Below are positions 26,859-36,441 of a stretch of 64,000 bases of DNA, piece after piece. Each line of letters opens with the position of its first letter. Positions within the stretch are counted from its first letter, which is position 1. Below the pieces are notes generated by a model. It was not told where the DNA came from, did not search any database, and worked only from the letters and a program-made list of their open reading frames with translations. This DNA is from an uncultured Clostridia bacterium (lineage in GTDB: Bacteria; Bacillota; Clostridia; Oscillospirales; Acutalibacteraceae), in assembly GCA_947572385.1 (NCBI GenBank), contig CANPBX010000004.1:23262-87261 (forward strand), given 5' to 3'. The position numbers and the translations under genes are program-made.

Positions 26859-27623
26859 TTATGCTTTTTTCATCTGTATAAAGCTATACACTCCCAGCGC
26901 CGTATAAACGGGCACCAAGATACACAGGGACAAGCCCGCATACCCTCTCATGCTCGAAAAGCAGTAGGGCAGAGCACAGATATCCACAAAGAAATGGATG
27001 ATAACCGGCAGCCAAAGATTGCCTGTCTTCTTATATACCATCCCGAAGAACATACCCATGCCCACAGTCCAGACGACCTTGCCCACTATAACAAGGGGAG
27101 GCTGGCCCAGCACACCAAAGATATGCCCCGCTCCGAATATCACGGATGAAGCCGATACCGCAATCAGGGTGCTGTCCTCCCTCCCCGCGAGCAGCTTTTC
27201 TATCAGGTTCAGGAGCAGGCCGCGTACGTACAGCTCCTCGACCAGAGCCACGCCGGCATAGTATATGACTCCCTCAACCATCACCTTTGCGGCGGAGGGC
27301 TGGCGGTCAAAGGGGTACAGGCCTATGCAGAAAGCTATCAGGCCTATGAGCGCCGCTGCCCCTCCAAGGATACCGTAGCCTTTGATCCCTGCTGCGAGAC
27401 CTCTCTTTGTAAAGCCCAGCCTCCACTTGGGACAGAGAAATCTCAGAATGAGAAAGGCTGCAACACCTATGATCAGGAAATTCACCATCAGCGCGAAGTA
27501 GAAGGGCTCTATGTCTGCAGCCTGTATATTGACAAAGAACACACTCGGTACGCCTGTGATCTCCATGACCGCGATCAGCAGGGTCAGGGCAGCTATGACG
27601 GTAAGCTCCCGCCTGTCTGCCAT
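26859..27623 (-). CDS. CPBP (Abi/CAAX) family intramembrane glutamic endopeptidase
   Basis: EELYVRG, FGAGH, LWLPVIIHFFVD; start either ATG 27623 or TTG 27635. Confidence 0.88.
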   Translation of the reverse strand: MADRRELTVIAALTLLIAVMEITGVPSVFFVNIQAADIEPFYFALMVNFLIIGVAAFLILRFLCPKWRLGFTKRGLAAGIKGYGILGGAAALIGLIAFCIGLYPFDRQPSAAKVMVEGVIYYAGVALVEELYVRGLLLNLIEKLLAGREDSTLIAVSASSVIFGAGHIFGVLGQPPLVIVGKVVWTVGMGMFFGMVYKKTGNLWLPVIIHFFVDICALPYCFSSMRGYAGLSLCILVPVYTALGVYSFIQMKKA

Positions 27624-27627
27624 GCTC

Positions 27628-29112
27628 TTATGCAAAGGGATTTTCGCCAGGATACATCATACCCTTAGGCTGATTGAACCCTATATCCGTAACGCCCAGG
27701 TACTTGAACACCTCAAAGAGCGCCTTGCCATGGTGCCCGAAGGCAACCGCGCCGTGGTGGGGATAGTTTTTGCCAATAAGCACATGGCGGTAGAAACGGC
27801 CCATCTCGTTTATCGCAAACACGCCTATGCCGCCAAAGGAGCGTGTAGCGACGGGGAGCACCTCGCCCTGCGCCACATATGCGCGGAGCTCACAGTCGGC
27901 TGTAGACTGGAGCCGGAAGAAGGTGATATCCCCGGGGACAATATCTCCCTCCAGCGTGCCCTGGGTCACCTCCTCGGGAAGGCTGCGGGCCATGATCATC
28001 TGGTACTTCATGGTGGGGCTGCAGAGCTTGGAGGAGCAGGTGTTGCCGCAGTGGAAGCCCATAAAGGTATCGCTGAACTGATAGGGGAACTTGCCCTCTA
28101 TCTCGGATCTATACATATCCTTGGGCACAGTGTTGTTGATGTCCAGCAGGGTGACAATATCTCCGGAGACACAGGCGCCGATAAATTCAGAGAGAGTTCC
28201 ATATATATCGACCTCGCATGACACCGGTATACCACGGCCTGTAAGCCTGGAGTTCACATAGCAGGGCACAAACCCAAACTGCGTCTGGAAGGCGGGCCAG
28301 CACTTGCTGGTGAGTGTGACATACTGGCGGTAGCCGCGGTGTTCCTCGATCCAGTCCAGAAGGGTTATCTCATACTGGGCCAGCTTCTCAAGTATTTCGG
28401 GCTTCTTGTTGCCCTCACCCAGCTCCTTTTCCATGTCGGCCTTGACCTCGGCTATACGGGGGTCTCCGGCGTGCTTATGGAATGCCTCGAAAAGATCCAG
28501 CTCGGAGTTCTCCTCGATCTCAACGCCCAAGTCGTAGAGGCGCTTAATGGGCGCGTTGCAGGCCAGGAAGTTGAGAGGCCGCGGGCCGAAGCTGATGATT
28601 TTAAGGGACTTTAGGCCAACCAGGGCTCTTGCAATGGGAATAAACTCATGTATGCGGTCGGCACAGTCCCCGGCGTCGCCAACCGGCTCCTCCGGGATAT
28701 AGGCCTTTATCTCCCTTAGCTTTAGGTTATAGCTGGCGTTCAGCATACCGCAGTACGCGTCGCCGCGTCCGCCGATAAGATTGTCGCCGGACTCCTCGGC
28801 GGCGGCAATGAACATGCAGGGGCCGTCGAAATGCTTGGCAAGAAGGGTCTCGGAAATCTCGGGGCCAAAGTTGCCAAGGTACACCACAAGGGCGTTGCAG
28901 CCATTCTTTTTGATGTCCTCAAGGGCCTCTGTCATATGTATCTCAGACTCGACAATGCAGATGGGGCACTCGTAGACGCTCTTTGCTTCAGCGCCGTATT
29001 TTGACTCAAAGGCGTCCATCAGGGCCTTGCGGCGGTCAACAGACAGTGACTCGGGGAAGCAGTCGCGGGAAACAGCCACTACGCCAATCTTGACCTCGGG
29101 GATGTTGTTCAT
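27628..29112 (-). CDS. L-fucose/L-arabinose isomerase family protein
   Basis: GRGDAYCGML, KCWPAFQ, SCEVD, FHCGN, HHGAVAFGH. Confidence 0.8.
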   Translation of the reverse strand: MNNIPEVKIGVVAVSRDCFPESLSVDRRKALMDAFESKYGAEAKSVYECPICIVESEIHMTEALEDIKKNGCNALVVYLGNFGPEISETLLAKHFDGPCMFIAAAEESGDNLIGGRGDAYCGMLNASYNLKLREIKAYIPEEPVGDAGDCADRIHEFIPIARALVGLKSLKIISFGPRPLNFLACNAPIKRLYDLGVEIEENSELDLFEAFHKHAGDPRIAEVKADMEKELGEGNKKPEILEKLAQYEITLLDWIEEHRGYRQYVTLTSKCWPAFQTQFGFVPCYVNSRLTGRGIPVSCEVDIYGTLSEFIGACVSGDIVTLLDINNTVPKDMYRSEIEGKFPYQFSDTFMGFHCGNTCSSKLCSPTMKYQMIMARSLPEEVTQGTLEGDIVPGDITFFRLQSTADCELRAYVAQGEVLPVATRSFGGIGVFAINEMGRFYRHVLIGKNYPHHGAVAFGHHGKALFEVFKYLGVTDIGFNQPKGMMYPGENPFA

Positions 29113-29159
29113 AGGAAATTCCTCCGTATATTCATAGTTGCAGAGCTTTATCTTTTACT

Positions 29160-29188
29160 ATCATAGCGCAAATCAATGGAAAAATCAA
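29160..29188 (-). promoter_or_regulatory. Promoter of the isomerase-CPBP operon
   Basis: TTGATT-17 bp-TATGAT. Confidence 0.5.
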
Positions 29189-29191
29189 CTA

Positions 29192-29204
29192 AAACATACG
29201 TTTG
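29192..29204. promoter_or_regulatory. Candidate LexA (SOS) box upstream of recA
   Basis: AAAC-ATAC-GTTTG palindrome, identical to 53090-53102; resembles Firmicutes GAAC-N4-GTTC. Confidence 0.75.
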
Positions 29205-29223
29205 TAAATACTTCGGAAAATGC

Positions 29224-29252
29224 TTGCTTTTGATGGGGTTTTCATATATAAT
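29224..29252 (+). promoter_or_regulatory. recA promoter
   Basis: TTGCTT-17 bp-TATAAT. Confidence 0.65.
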
Positions 29253-29288
29253 ATGTACATCTCTCAGGATACAGGAGGAAATGATAAT

Positions 29289-30491
29289 ATGGCGGAAAAG
29301 AAACAGGCGGTAAGCGCCAATAAAGGTGATGAACGGCAGAAGGCCTTAGATACGGCTCTGGCGCAGATAAAGAAATCCTTTGGCGAGGGCGCGGTAATGA
29401 AGCTGGGGCAGAACTCCGCCCTGAATATCGAGTCCATCTCCACAGGCTCACTGTCTTTAGACCTGGCCCTGGGCGTTGGCGGGCTTCCCAGGGGAAGGAT
29501 AGTCGAGATATATGGCCCGGAGTCTTCCGGCAAAACTACCCTGGCCCTGCACTGCGTAGCCGAGGGGCAGAAGATAGGCGGCAACGCGGCCTTCATAGAC
29601 GTGGAGCACGCCCTGGACCCGGTATACGCCGCAGCCCTGGGCGTCAGGGTAGACGACCTTTTGGTCTCCCAGCCGGATACCGGTGAGCAGGCCCTGGAGA
29701 TCGCCGAGGCCCTGATACGCTCCAACGCCATCGACGTGATAGTGGTAGACTCAGTGGCAGCCCTTGTGCCCAAGCAGGAAATAGAAGGGGAGATGGGAGA
29801 CGCCCATGTGGGGCTTCAAGCAAGGCTTATGAGCCAGGCCTTAAGGAAGCTGGCGGGAGCCATCTCAAAATCCAACTGCGTTGCCATATTCATAAACCAG
29901 CTGCGCGAGAAGGTGGGCGTTATGTACGGCAGCCCGGAGGTCACCCCTGGCGGGCGGGCCATGAAGTTCTATTCCTCTGTGCGCATAGACGTGCGCAAGG
30001 GTGAGGTCATAAAGAACGGCACAGAGGTCGTGGGGTCACACACAAAGGCGAAGGTCGTAAAGAATAAGGTCGCCCCTCCCTTTAGGACGGCTGAATTTGA
30101 TGTGCTCTACGGCAAGGGGATCTCCAGAATGGGGGAGCTGGTGGATATAGGCGTACAGCTGGAAATCATACAGAAAAGCGGCTCATGGTTCTCCTACAAC
30201 GGCGAGCGCATTGGCCAGGGCCGGGAGAAAGTGAAGGACTTCCTTTCCGCGCATCCGGAGGTAGCCGATAGCATCGAGGCTGCTGTGCGGGAGAATGTAG
30301 GCAAGCTCTATTCTCAGAAGGCTGGCAAAGGGGCTGCTTCTGATAAGGACAATAAAGACGATAAGGGTGAGGCCGCCCCCGCCGAAGCCGGGGATAAGGC
30401 TCCCGCCGAGCCTGCCCCAGAGGATAAGAAGGCTCCAGCCAAGAAGCCCGCTGTGTCTGATACCAGCCTTGATATTACGGTGGACGACTGA
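29289..30491 (+). CDS. recA: Recombinase RecA (long C-terminal tail)
   Basis: [34 protein letters not shown]; start at ATG 29289 behind GGAGG. Confidence 0.98.
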   Translation: MAEKKQAVSANKGDERQKALDTALAQIKKSFGEGAVMKLGQNSALNIESISTGSLSLDLALGVGGLPRGRIVEIYGPESSGKTTLALHCVAEGQKIGGNAAFIDVEHALDPVYAAALGVRVDDLLVSQPDTGEQALEIAEALIRSNAIDVIVVDSVAALVPKQEIEGEMGDAHVGLQARLMSQALRKLAGAISKSNCVAIFINQLREKVGVMYGSPEVTPGGRAMKFYSSVRIDVRKGEVIKNGTEVVGSHTKAKVVKNKVAPPFRTAEFDVLYGKGISRMGELVDIGVQLEIIQKSGSWFSYNGERIGQGREKVKDFLSAHPEVADSIEAAVRENVGKLYSQKAGKGAASDKDNKDDKGEAAPAEAGDKAPAEPAPEDKKAPAKKPAVSDTSLDITVDD

Positions 30492-31102
30492 TGGAGCTGA
30501 CCGCTGTTGAACCCAGGCGCAGGGGCCTTGTACAGCTATATATAGACGGCGAGCCCGCAGTGAAGATAGACCGGGAGGTGTTCATTAGATCCCGGCTTTC
30601 CCTCGGTGACGAGATAAGCGATGAAGACCTGCATAGGCTCATACTCGACTCCGACAATAGGCGGGCCGCCGAAAAAGCCCTGTACCTTCTGGAATACCGG
30701 GATCATACCAGCAAGGAGCTTCGGGAAAAGATAGCCCGGACTGCCGCTTCCCGTGAGGCTGCTGAGGCCGCCGTAGAGAAGATGGAAGAGCTTGGCCTTG
30801 TAAATGATGACGAATATGGGCGGCGCTACGCAAGGGAGCTCTTCGAGCACAAACGCTTTGGTCCCATGAGGGCCCGCCAGGAGCTGCGGCAGAAAGGGAT
30901 ACGCCCGGAGCTTATTGACGAGCTTCTCAGCGAATATGACGACCCTGAGGCTTTTTCCATGCGTATAGGGGAGATATTGGAGAAAAAATACTCCGGCTGG
31001 CAGGAGGACGAAAAAATAAAGCGCCGGGCGTACGCGGCGCTCCAGCGCATGGGCTATAGCTATGAGCACATCCGCGAGGGGATGCGCGCTCTGTCAGACT
31101 GA
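30491..31102 (+). CDS. recX: Regulatory protein RecX
   Basis: ALYLLEYRDHTSKEL, VNDDEYGRRY, GPMRARQELRQKGI, LQRMGYS; coupled to recA. Confidence 0.9.
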   Translation: MELTAVEPRRRGLVQLYIDGEPAVKIDREVFIRSRLSLGDEISDEDLHRLILDSDNRRAAEKALYLLEYRDHTSKELREKIARTAASREAAEAAVEKMEELGLVNDDEYGRRYARELFEHKRFGPMRARQELRQKGIRPELIDELLSEYDDPEAFSMRIGEILEKKYSGWQEDEKIKRRAYAALQRMGYSYEHIREGMRALSD

Positions 31103-31939
31103 GGCTTTGACCCCTATGACGGCCCTATAGAGCCCGGCAAGGTCCCTGTGTACGGCGACGTCCTCAAAGCCATACTGAGCAAACAGCGCTGAAACATCCC
31201 CTGCCTGGGTCTCGCCTATCTCCACTCCCAGCAGCCCCCCCTCCCGCAGCAGCCCGGACCAGTTTTTCAAAATGGCGCGGTAGAATATCAAGCCGTCCCG
31301 GCCCCCATCCAGGGCAAGGGGCGGCTCTTTCTGTACCTCGGGCTGTAGGGCAGAGAGCTCTTCCGACGCTATATACGGCGGGTTTGAGGCAATGAAGTCC
31401 ACCCCCTTTTGAAAGCCATCAGGGGCATTTAACACATCCGCGGTGACAGCAGTACAGCTATAGTCCGGATATCTCTCTATATTCTTCCGAAGATACCCCA
31501 TAGCCGTACCGTCCAGCTCCACGCAGGCCACCCTGGCCCCCGGCGCCAATGAGCATATCCCCAGCCCAACGGCGCCTGTGCCAGCGCACAAATCCAGTCC
31601 CCGGGATCCCTCAGCCAGCCGCGCTGCAAGGGCCTCCACGAGCACGGCGGTGTCCTCCCTGGGGACCAGCACCCCCTCGCCAACCTTAAGGGCCAGTGAC
31701 ATAAATGGCCACTCCCCCAGGATATACTGCAGCGGCCTGCGGCCGGCCCGCTGGCCAACAGCCTCTATAAACGCCTGCCGTTTCTCCTCTGCCGGGACGG
31801 CATCTCCGTGCAGCGCCAGACCAGGCCTGTCCAGGCCCAGGAAATGCTCTGTAAGCAGTAAGGCGTCAAATCCCGGTGAGTCTATTCCCACCTCCGAGAG
31901 CCGGGTCTTGGCATATAAGTACAGCTCCCGGGCGGTCAC
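31094..31939 (-). CDS. prmC: Peptide chain release factor N5-glutamine methyltransferase
   Basis: PLQYILG, LVPREDT, DLCAGTGA, SNPPYI, ALDGGRDGL. Confidence 0.95.
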   Translation of the reverse strand: MTARELYLYAKTRLSEVGIDSPGFDALLLTEHFLGLDRPGLALHGDAVPAEEKRQAFIEAVGQRAGRRPLQYILGEWPFMSLALKVGEGVLVPREDTAVLVEALAARLAEGSRGLDLCAGTGAVGLGICSLAPGARVACVELDGTAMGYLRKNIERYPDYSCTAVTADVLNAPDGFQKGVDFIASNPPYIASEELSALQPEVQKEPPLALDGGRDGLIFYRAILKNWSGLLREGGLLGVEIGETQAGDVSALFAQYGFEDVAVHRDLAGLYRAVIGVKASV

Positions 31940-32871
31940 TTCACCAGGTCCTCTCCGTTTTCCGGTATGACCGCCTGCATGGCAGCTATTGCCGCCTTTA
32001 TCATATTATCATCCGGTTCCTTCACAGTGATCCTCTGCATCCAGAGCCCCGGGGCAGTGACTATCCGGCAGAGCAGGTTGTTGTGCCGCGCGCAGGCCTT
32101 CTGTACCTCGTAGCCGATATTCACAATAAAAGGTATGCACAGAAGCTTCACTATGGTGCGGATAATTGGGTTCGCAAATGGGATAAAGAAGCCAGCGATA
32201 ACCCCTAAAAGGAGCATAAGTATCATGAAGCTAGTGCCGCAGCGCGGGTGGAAGCGCTTTTGGGGCCGAACGTTCTCAACTGTCAGAGGCAGGTCCTCCT
32301 CGTAGCAGAAGATGGTCTTATGCTCGGCTCCGTGGTACTGGAACACTCTCTTTATGTCCGGCACCAGTGATACACAGAGCACATACCCAAGGAAGATAGC
32401 TATCCTCAGCACTCCCTCGAATATGGAGCGCCATCCGGCTATGCCCTCCCCCACGGCCCCTTCCAAGAGGTTAAACAGGAAGGTGGGCAGCATAAAAAAC
32501 AGCAGCACCGCCAGCGCCACCCCCAGCACAGAGCCTATGCCCATAACTATGCCGGTAATCTTGTCCCCAAAATGATCCTCAAGCCACTTGTCAAAGCCGG
32601 TCAGCTCCTCCTCTCCCATGTCCGTAAGCTTGTCCGCCGAAAGGGAGAGAGCCTTATAGCCCAGCCTGAATGTATCCACAAGGGCAAATATCCCCCTTAT
32701 AAAGGGCTTGCCCAGGATCGGGTATTTCTTGGTGAGCCTGTCAACATGCAGGTCCTCGGTGGTGATGTTTCCCTCGCTGTCACAGAAGGCGGCAGTAGTG
32801 CGCTTTGGGCCCACCATCATGATACCCTCCATCAGCGCCTGCCCTCCTATAGTGGTGATTTTCTTTGGCAT
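31936..32871 (-). CDS. DUF1385 membrane protein
   Basis: GGQALMEGIMM, YHGAEHKTI, HPRCGTSF, LQ/MQRITVKEPD; usual prmC neighbour. Confidence 0.9.
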   Translation of the reverse strand: MPKKITTIGGQALMEGIMMVGPKRTTAAFCDSEGNITTEDLHVDRLTKKYPILGKPFIRGIFALVDTFRLGYKALSLSADKLTDMGEEELTGFDKWLEDHFGDKITGIVMGIGSVLGVALAVLLFFMLPTFLFNLLEGAVGEGIAGWRSIFEGVLRIAIFLGYVLCVSLVPDIKRVFQYHGAEHKTIFCYEEDLPLTVENVRPQKRFHPRCGTSFMILMLLLGVIAGFFIPFANPIIRTIVKLLCIPFIVNIGYEVQKACARHNNLLCRIVTAPGLWMQRITVKEPDDNMIKAAIAAMQAVIPENGEDLVK

Positions 32872-32891
32872 AAGTCAATGTCCTTTCCCGG

Positions 32892-34298
32892 TCAAGTTTT
32901 ACATAACGGTATGCTTATAGTCACGGTCGTGCCCTTTCCCTCAGTGCTCTCAAGCTCCAGCGTCCCCTCGTGCATGGCTACTATCTCGTCCGCTACAGCC
33001 AGCCCTATCCCCGATCCCCGGACCAGTTGATTTGCCTTATAGAACTTTTTCTTCACATTTGCCAGGTGCTCCTCAGGTATCCCGCAGCCGGTGTCCGCTA
33101 TTATCACCTTCACCTGCTCGCCGGTAAGCTCCGAGGACACCGTAACTGACCCGCCCTCTCCTGTATACTTAAGGGCATTGTCTATAATGTTTACAAACAC
33201 CTGCTTTAGCCTGTCCCTGTCTCCATACACCGGCGCAAGGCTTATATTCTCCTCGTATTTCAATTCCTTCCCCTCGGTGCGGGCCCGCTCGGTAAAAAGG
33301 TAGACTGCCTCGTCCAGTTCTGCCAGGATGTCCATTCTCTCCCTCAACAGCTGCATACGCCCGTTCTGAAGCCTTGAAAAGTCCAGGAGCTCCTCCACTA
33401 AGCCCGACAGACGCTCGGACTCCCGGATTATCACGTCCATGCCCTTCTCCTCCGTAGCCGGGTCCGCACCGCCCCGAAGGGTCTCTGCCCAGCCCTTTAT
33501 GGCCGTTAAGGGCGTTCTCAGCTCGTGGGACACCGACGAAATAAACTCATTTTTCATCCGCTCCGCAGCTCCCAGCTCCCCGGCCATGTCGTTTATGGTG
33601 TCGCATAGCTGGCCTATTTCATCATCCCTGGCTTTCTCTATGCGCACCTCAAAGTCGCCCTGGGCTATCTTCCTGGCGCTCTGGCTCACCTGGCGCACCG
33701 GCACCAGGATAGACCGTATGAAATATACCCCCGAGAGAGTGAGCAGCAGCATGATAAAGAGCGCGGCTATGGCTAAAAACACCACTATAGTCAGCGTTTG
33801 CTGGTCCGCCCGCTCCATTGAGACCATATAGCGAACCGACCCCACAAGGCTGCCGTTCTCGTTTCTAACTACCCTGGTAATAGCCATTACCTTCTCCCCG
33901 GTGTTCAGCTCCCCGACCCACTTTCCGGAGCCGTCGGGGCTGGCCAGCGCAATATGGTAGTCGGGCATGGGCTGCTCGTAGTCGGGCTCAAAGCCAGTGG
34001 AGGTGATAAATACCCTGCCGTTGCGGTTTAGGGCCATTATCTCCATCTTGGCCTTGTCCTGGAAGGTCTCGATATAGTCTCTGGTAACGGCGGTGAACTC
34101 CGAGGTTTGGTAGTCCAGTGAGCGGCTGGAGAGCCAGTTCAGCAGCTCGTCCATACGCCCTCTCAAAGTGCTCTCTATGCCATTATATGTGGAGCTCTGC
34201 ACCATAAAGGACAGTGCAGACACAAATACCACCAGTATCACCAGCACTGCGCCCACAGTGTTTATGAACCATCGCCTTGAAATGCTTCTGGCAAACAT
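32892..34298 (-). CDS. HAMP-domain sensor histidine kinase
   Basis: Two TM segments, HAMP, SHELRTPL H-box, NIIDNALKY, DTGCGI, GSGIGL. Confidence 0.95.
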   Translation of the reverse strand: MFARSISRRWFINTVGAVLVILVVFVSALSFMVQSSTYNGIESTLRGRMDELLNWLSSRSLDYQTSEFTAVTRDYIETFQDKAKMEIMALNRNGRVFITSTGFEPDYEQPMPDYHIALASPDGSGKWVGELNTGEKVMAITRVVRNENGSLVGSVRYMVSMERADQQTLTIVVFLAIAALFIMLLLTLSGVYFIRSILVPVRQVSQSARKIAQGDFEVRIEKARDDEIGQLCDTINDMAGELGAAERMKNEFISSVSHELRTPLTAIKGWAETLRGGADPATEEKGMDVIIRESERLSGLVEELLDFSRLQNGRMQLLRERMDILAELDEAVYLFTERARTEGKELKYEENISLAPVYGDRDRLKQVFVNIIDNALKYTGEGGSVTVSSELTGEQVKVIIADTGCGIPEEHLANVKKKFYKANQLVRGSGIGLAVADEIVAMHEGTLELESTEGKGTTVTISIPLCKT

Positions 34299-34314
34299 TC
34301 GGCTCCCCCTTCAC

Positions 34315-35019
34315 TCAGTTCTTCCAGCGGTACCCAAGCCCCCATACTGTGGTGATATGCTGAGGGTTAGAGGGCTCGTCCTCCACCTTCATGCGAAGCC
34401 TTCTGATGTTCACATCCACTATTTTCTCCTCCCCCACATAGCTCGGGCCCCATACATGCCGGAGGATATCCCCCCTGGCTAAAGCTATGCCGGGATTTTC
34501 AAGGAAGTATTCCATTATCTGAAACTCCACCTGTGTCAGCTCAATGGGCGCGCTGCCCTTTGTAAATGAGCGGTCCCGAAGGTTAAGGGTAAACTCCCCA
34601 GCCGCCAGCTGGTCCTGCCGCACGGACTCATACCGCTCGGCAGCCAAGGCCACCCTCCTGTACACGGCATCCACTCTCGCCACCAGCTCCGATGGCGAGA
34701 AGGGCTTTGTTACATAGTCATCCGCGCCCATCATCAGGCCGCTCACCTTGTCCATCTCCTGGGTCTTGGCTGTAAGCAGGATTATCCCCAATGTAGGGTT
34801 CTGGCTCCGAAGCTCCCGGCAGACAGCAAGTCCGTCGTGGACCCCGGGCATCATGATGTCCAGTATCACCACGTGGAAGTCCCCGCCCCCGCGCCTGTAG
34901 AGCTCCAGGGCCTGGTCACCGCTCTCGGCCTCGGTTATCTCGTAACCGGCCCGCTCCAGGTTGATGACTACGAACTCGCGTATATTCTGCTCGTCCTCCG
35001 CAACCAGCACCTTCTTCAT
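34315..35019 (-). CDS. OmpR/PhoB family response regulator
   Basis: VAEDE, LDIMMPG, GADDYVTKPF, IVDVNIRRLRMK, TVWGLGY; start at ATG 35019. Confidence 0.95.
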   Translation of the reverse strand: MKKVLVAEDEQNIREFVVINLERAGYEITEAESGDQALELYRRGGGDFHVVILDIMMPGVHDGLAVCRELRSQNPTLGIILLTAKTQEMDKVSGLMMGADDYVTKPFSPSELVARVDAVYRRVALAAERYESVRQDQLAAGEFTLNLRDRSFTKGSAPIELTQVEFQIMEYFLENPGIALARGDILRHVWGPSYVGEEKIVDVNIRRLRMKVEDEPSNPQHITTVWGLGYRWKN

Positions 35020-35065
35020 GGGTGCACCTCCTTTGAGTGTGTACACTTATTTTATATTATAATTT

Positions 35066-36424
35066 TTACTCCTCAATAAGCGAAAAGCTCTTTATAATAT
35101 CGTCTGTGGACCTTTTGACCTGCTCGTCCCGGCTGTAGACCTGTATGCCGTACACCGAGTCGTTCTGCTCTGCGACCATCGTATAGCCGCTGGACTCCCC
35201 CCGGCTCTCCCAGGCCGAGCGGGTGAACACTCTCACAGAGAACAGGTTCCCTCCAAGCAGCAGCTCACCGTCCTCCGTGGACTTCACCTCTGTATAGGTG
35301 ACCGTCCGGCGCTCCACATCGTTGCCGGCGTAGACCTTGCCCTGGAGATAATACGGCAGCCTGAACCAGTAGTTCTCCCGCACATTCATAAGCGTCCTCA
35401 TAACCACCCTGCTGGGGCCTCCCGGCGCCTGGGAGCGCCATTCCACCATATATCCAGTAGAATCCGGCACGGCATCCTCCGGAGCTGCCGGTAAGGGCGT
35501 AGCCGCCGGTATCTCTATGCAGCCGTCCCCGTTTATGTCCCTGGAGGTGACAGCCGCGGCAGCGGGCCGGGTAAACTCATTTACATAGTCCTCGGTGTTC
35601 ACCCCACCAGGATAGTTCGTGAGCCTGCCCTCCTCCATAAAGAACACCTGGGTGCTCATGCTTCCGTCAGCGGTCGTGCCGTCCACCACGACGCCCAGGT
35701 CTCCGGTGCCGAGCTTGCCAAAGGCCATGCCCGAGTAGCTGGATATGCTGTTGTCCGCCTCAGCTGACGCCGCCTCATAGGGCTTGTCCCTGTCAAAGGC
35801 CACAAGGCTGGCCCTTGCCGCGGCAGTCTCCTCCCCCTCCTTCTCGGTGGGCACGGACTTGTCGATTTTAAACAGCTCATCCACTCCATCGCCGTCGAAG
35901 TCCGTAACAGCCATCTCGCCATAGTTGCCAAGAAGGTGCTCTACCATCCCGCCGCTTGGCTGGTAAATATACGCGTATGCCGCAGCCAGGCGCCCGGTAG
36001 TGCCCGCAGTGCTGCCCCAGCCGATGAACACGGACCTGCCGCCCTCCGGCAGATCCCCGAAGCAGACCCTGTCCACCTGGCTGGCGGAGTTTTTGAAGGA
36101 GGCCGCAACATCCCACCGGCCCCCAGCCTTTGTGAGGAACTGGACCTGGGAGCCGCCGTCCTCAGTGGCATGGAACCCAATGGCGTCCTCAACGCCGTCG
36201 CCGGTGAAGTCACACATGATTATAGCGGAGCGGTATTCTCCGTTTTTGGGGTAGATAAACGTGAGCTCGCTTTGGGAGCCCAGGAGCAGGCTGTAAATGC
36301 TCTGCTGGTCGGCGTTGGCCTTTGGGGGTGATATCAGGTTTGGAGCGGAAATGCCGGTGAATGAGCATGAGGGGATCTCTGCAAGGAGAAAAAACAGTGC
36401 GAAAAGCACAGCTATTCGTTTCAT
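35066..36424 (-). CDS. Putative lipoprotein with FG-GAP/VCBS-like DxDGDG repeats
   Basis: Signal peptide ending in Cys (LAEIPS-C); DFTGDG, DFDGDG, DINGDG motifs. Confidence 0.7.
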   Translation of the reverse strand: MKRIAVLFALFFLLAEIPSCSFTGISAPNLISPPKANADQQSIYSLLLGSQSELTFIYPKNGEYRSAIIMCDFTGDGVEDAIGFHATEDGGSQVQFLTKAGGRWDVAASFKNSASQVDRVCFGDLPEGGRSVFIGWGSTAGTTGRLAAAYAYIYQPSGGMVEHLLGNYGEMAVTDFDGDGVDELFKIDKSVPTEKEGEETAAARASLVAFDRDKPYEAASAEADNSISSYSGMAFGKLGTGDLGVVVDGTTADGSMSTQVFFMEEGRLTNYPGGVNTEDYVNEFTRPAAAAVTSRDINGDGCIEIPAATPLPAAPEDAVPDSTGYMVEWRSQAPGGPSRVVMRTLMNVRENYWFRLPYYLQGKVYAGNDVERRTVTYTEVKSTEDGELLLGGNLFSVRVFTRSAWESRGESSGYTMVAEQNDSVYGIQVYSRDEQVKRSTDDIIKSFSLIEE

Positions 36425-36441
36425 AAATCACACCTAAAGCT

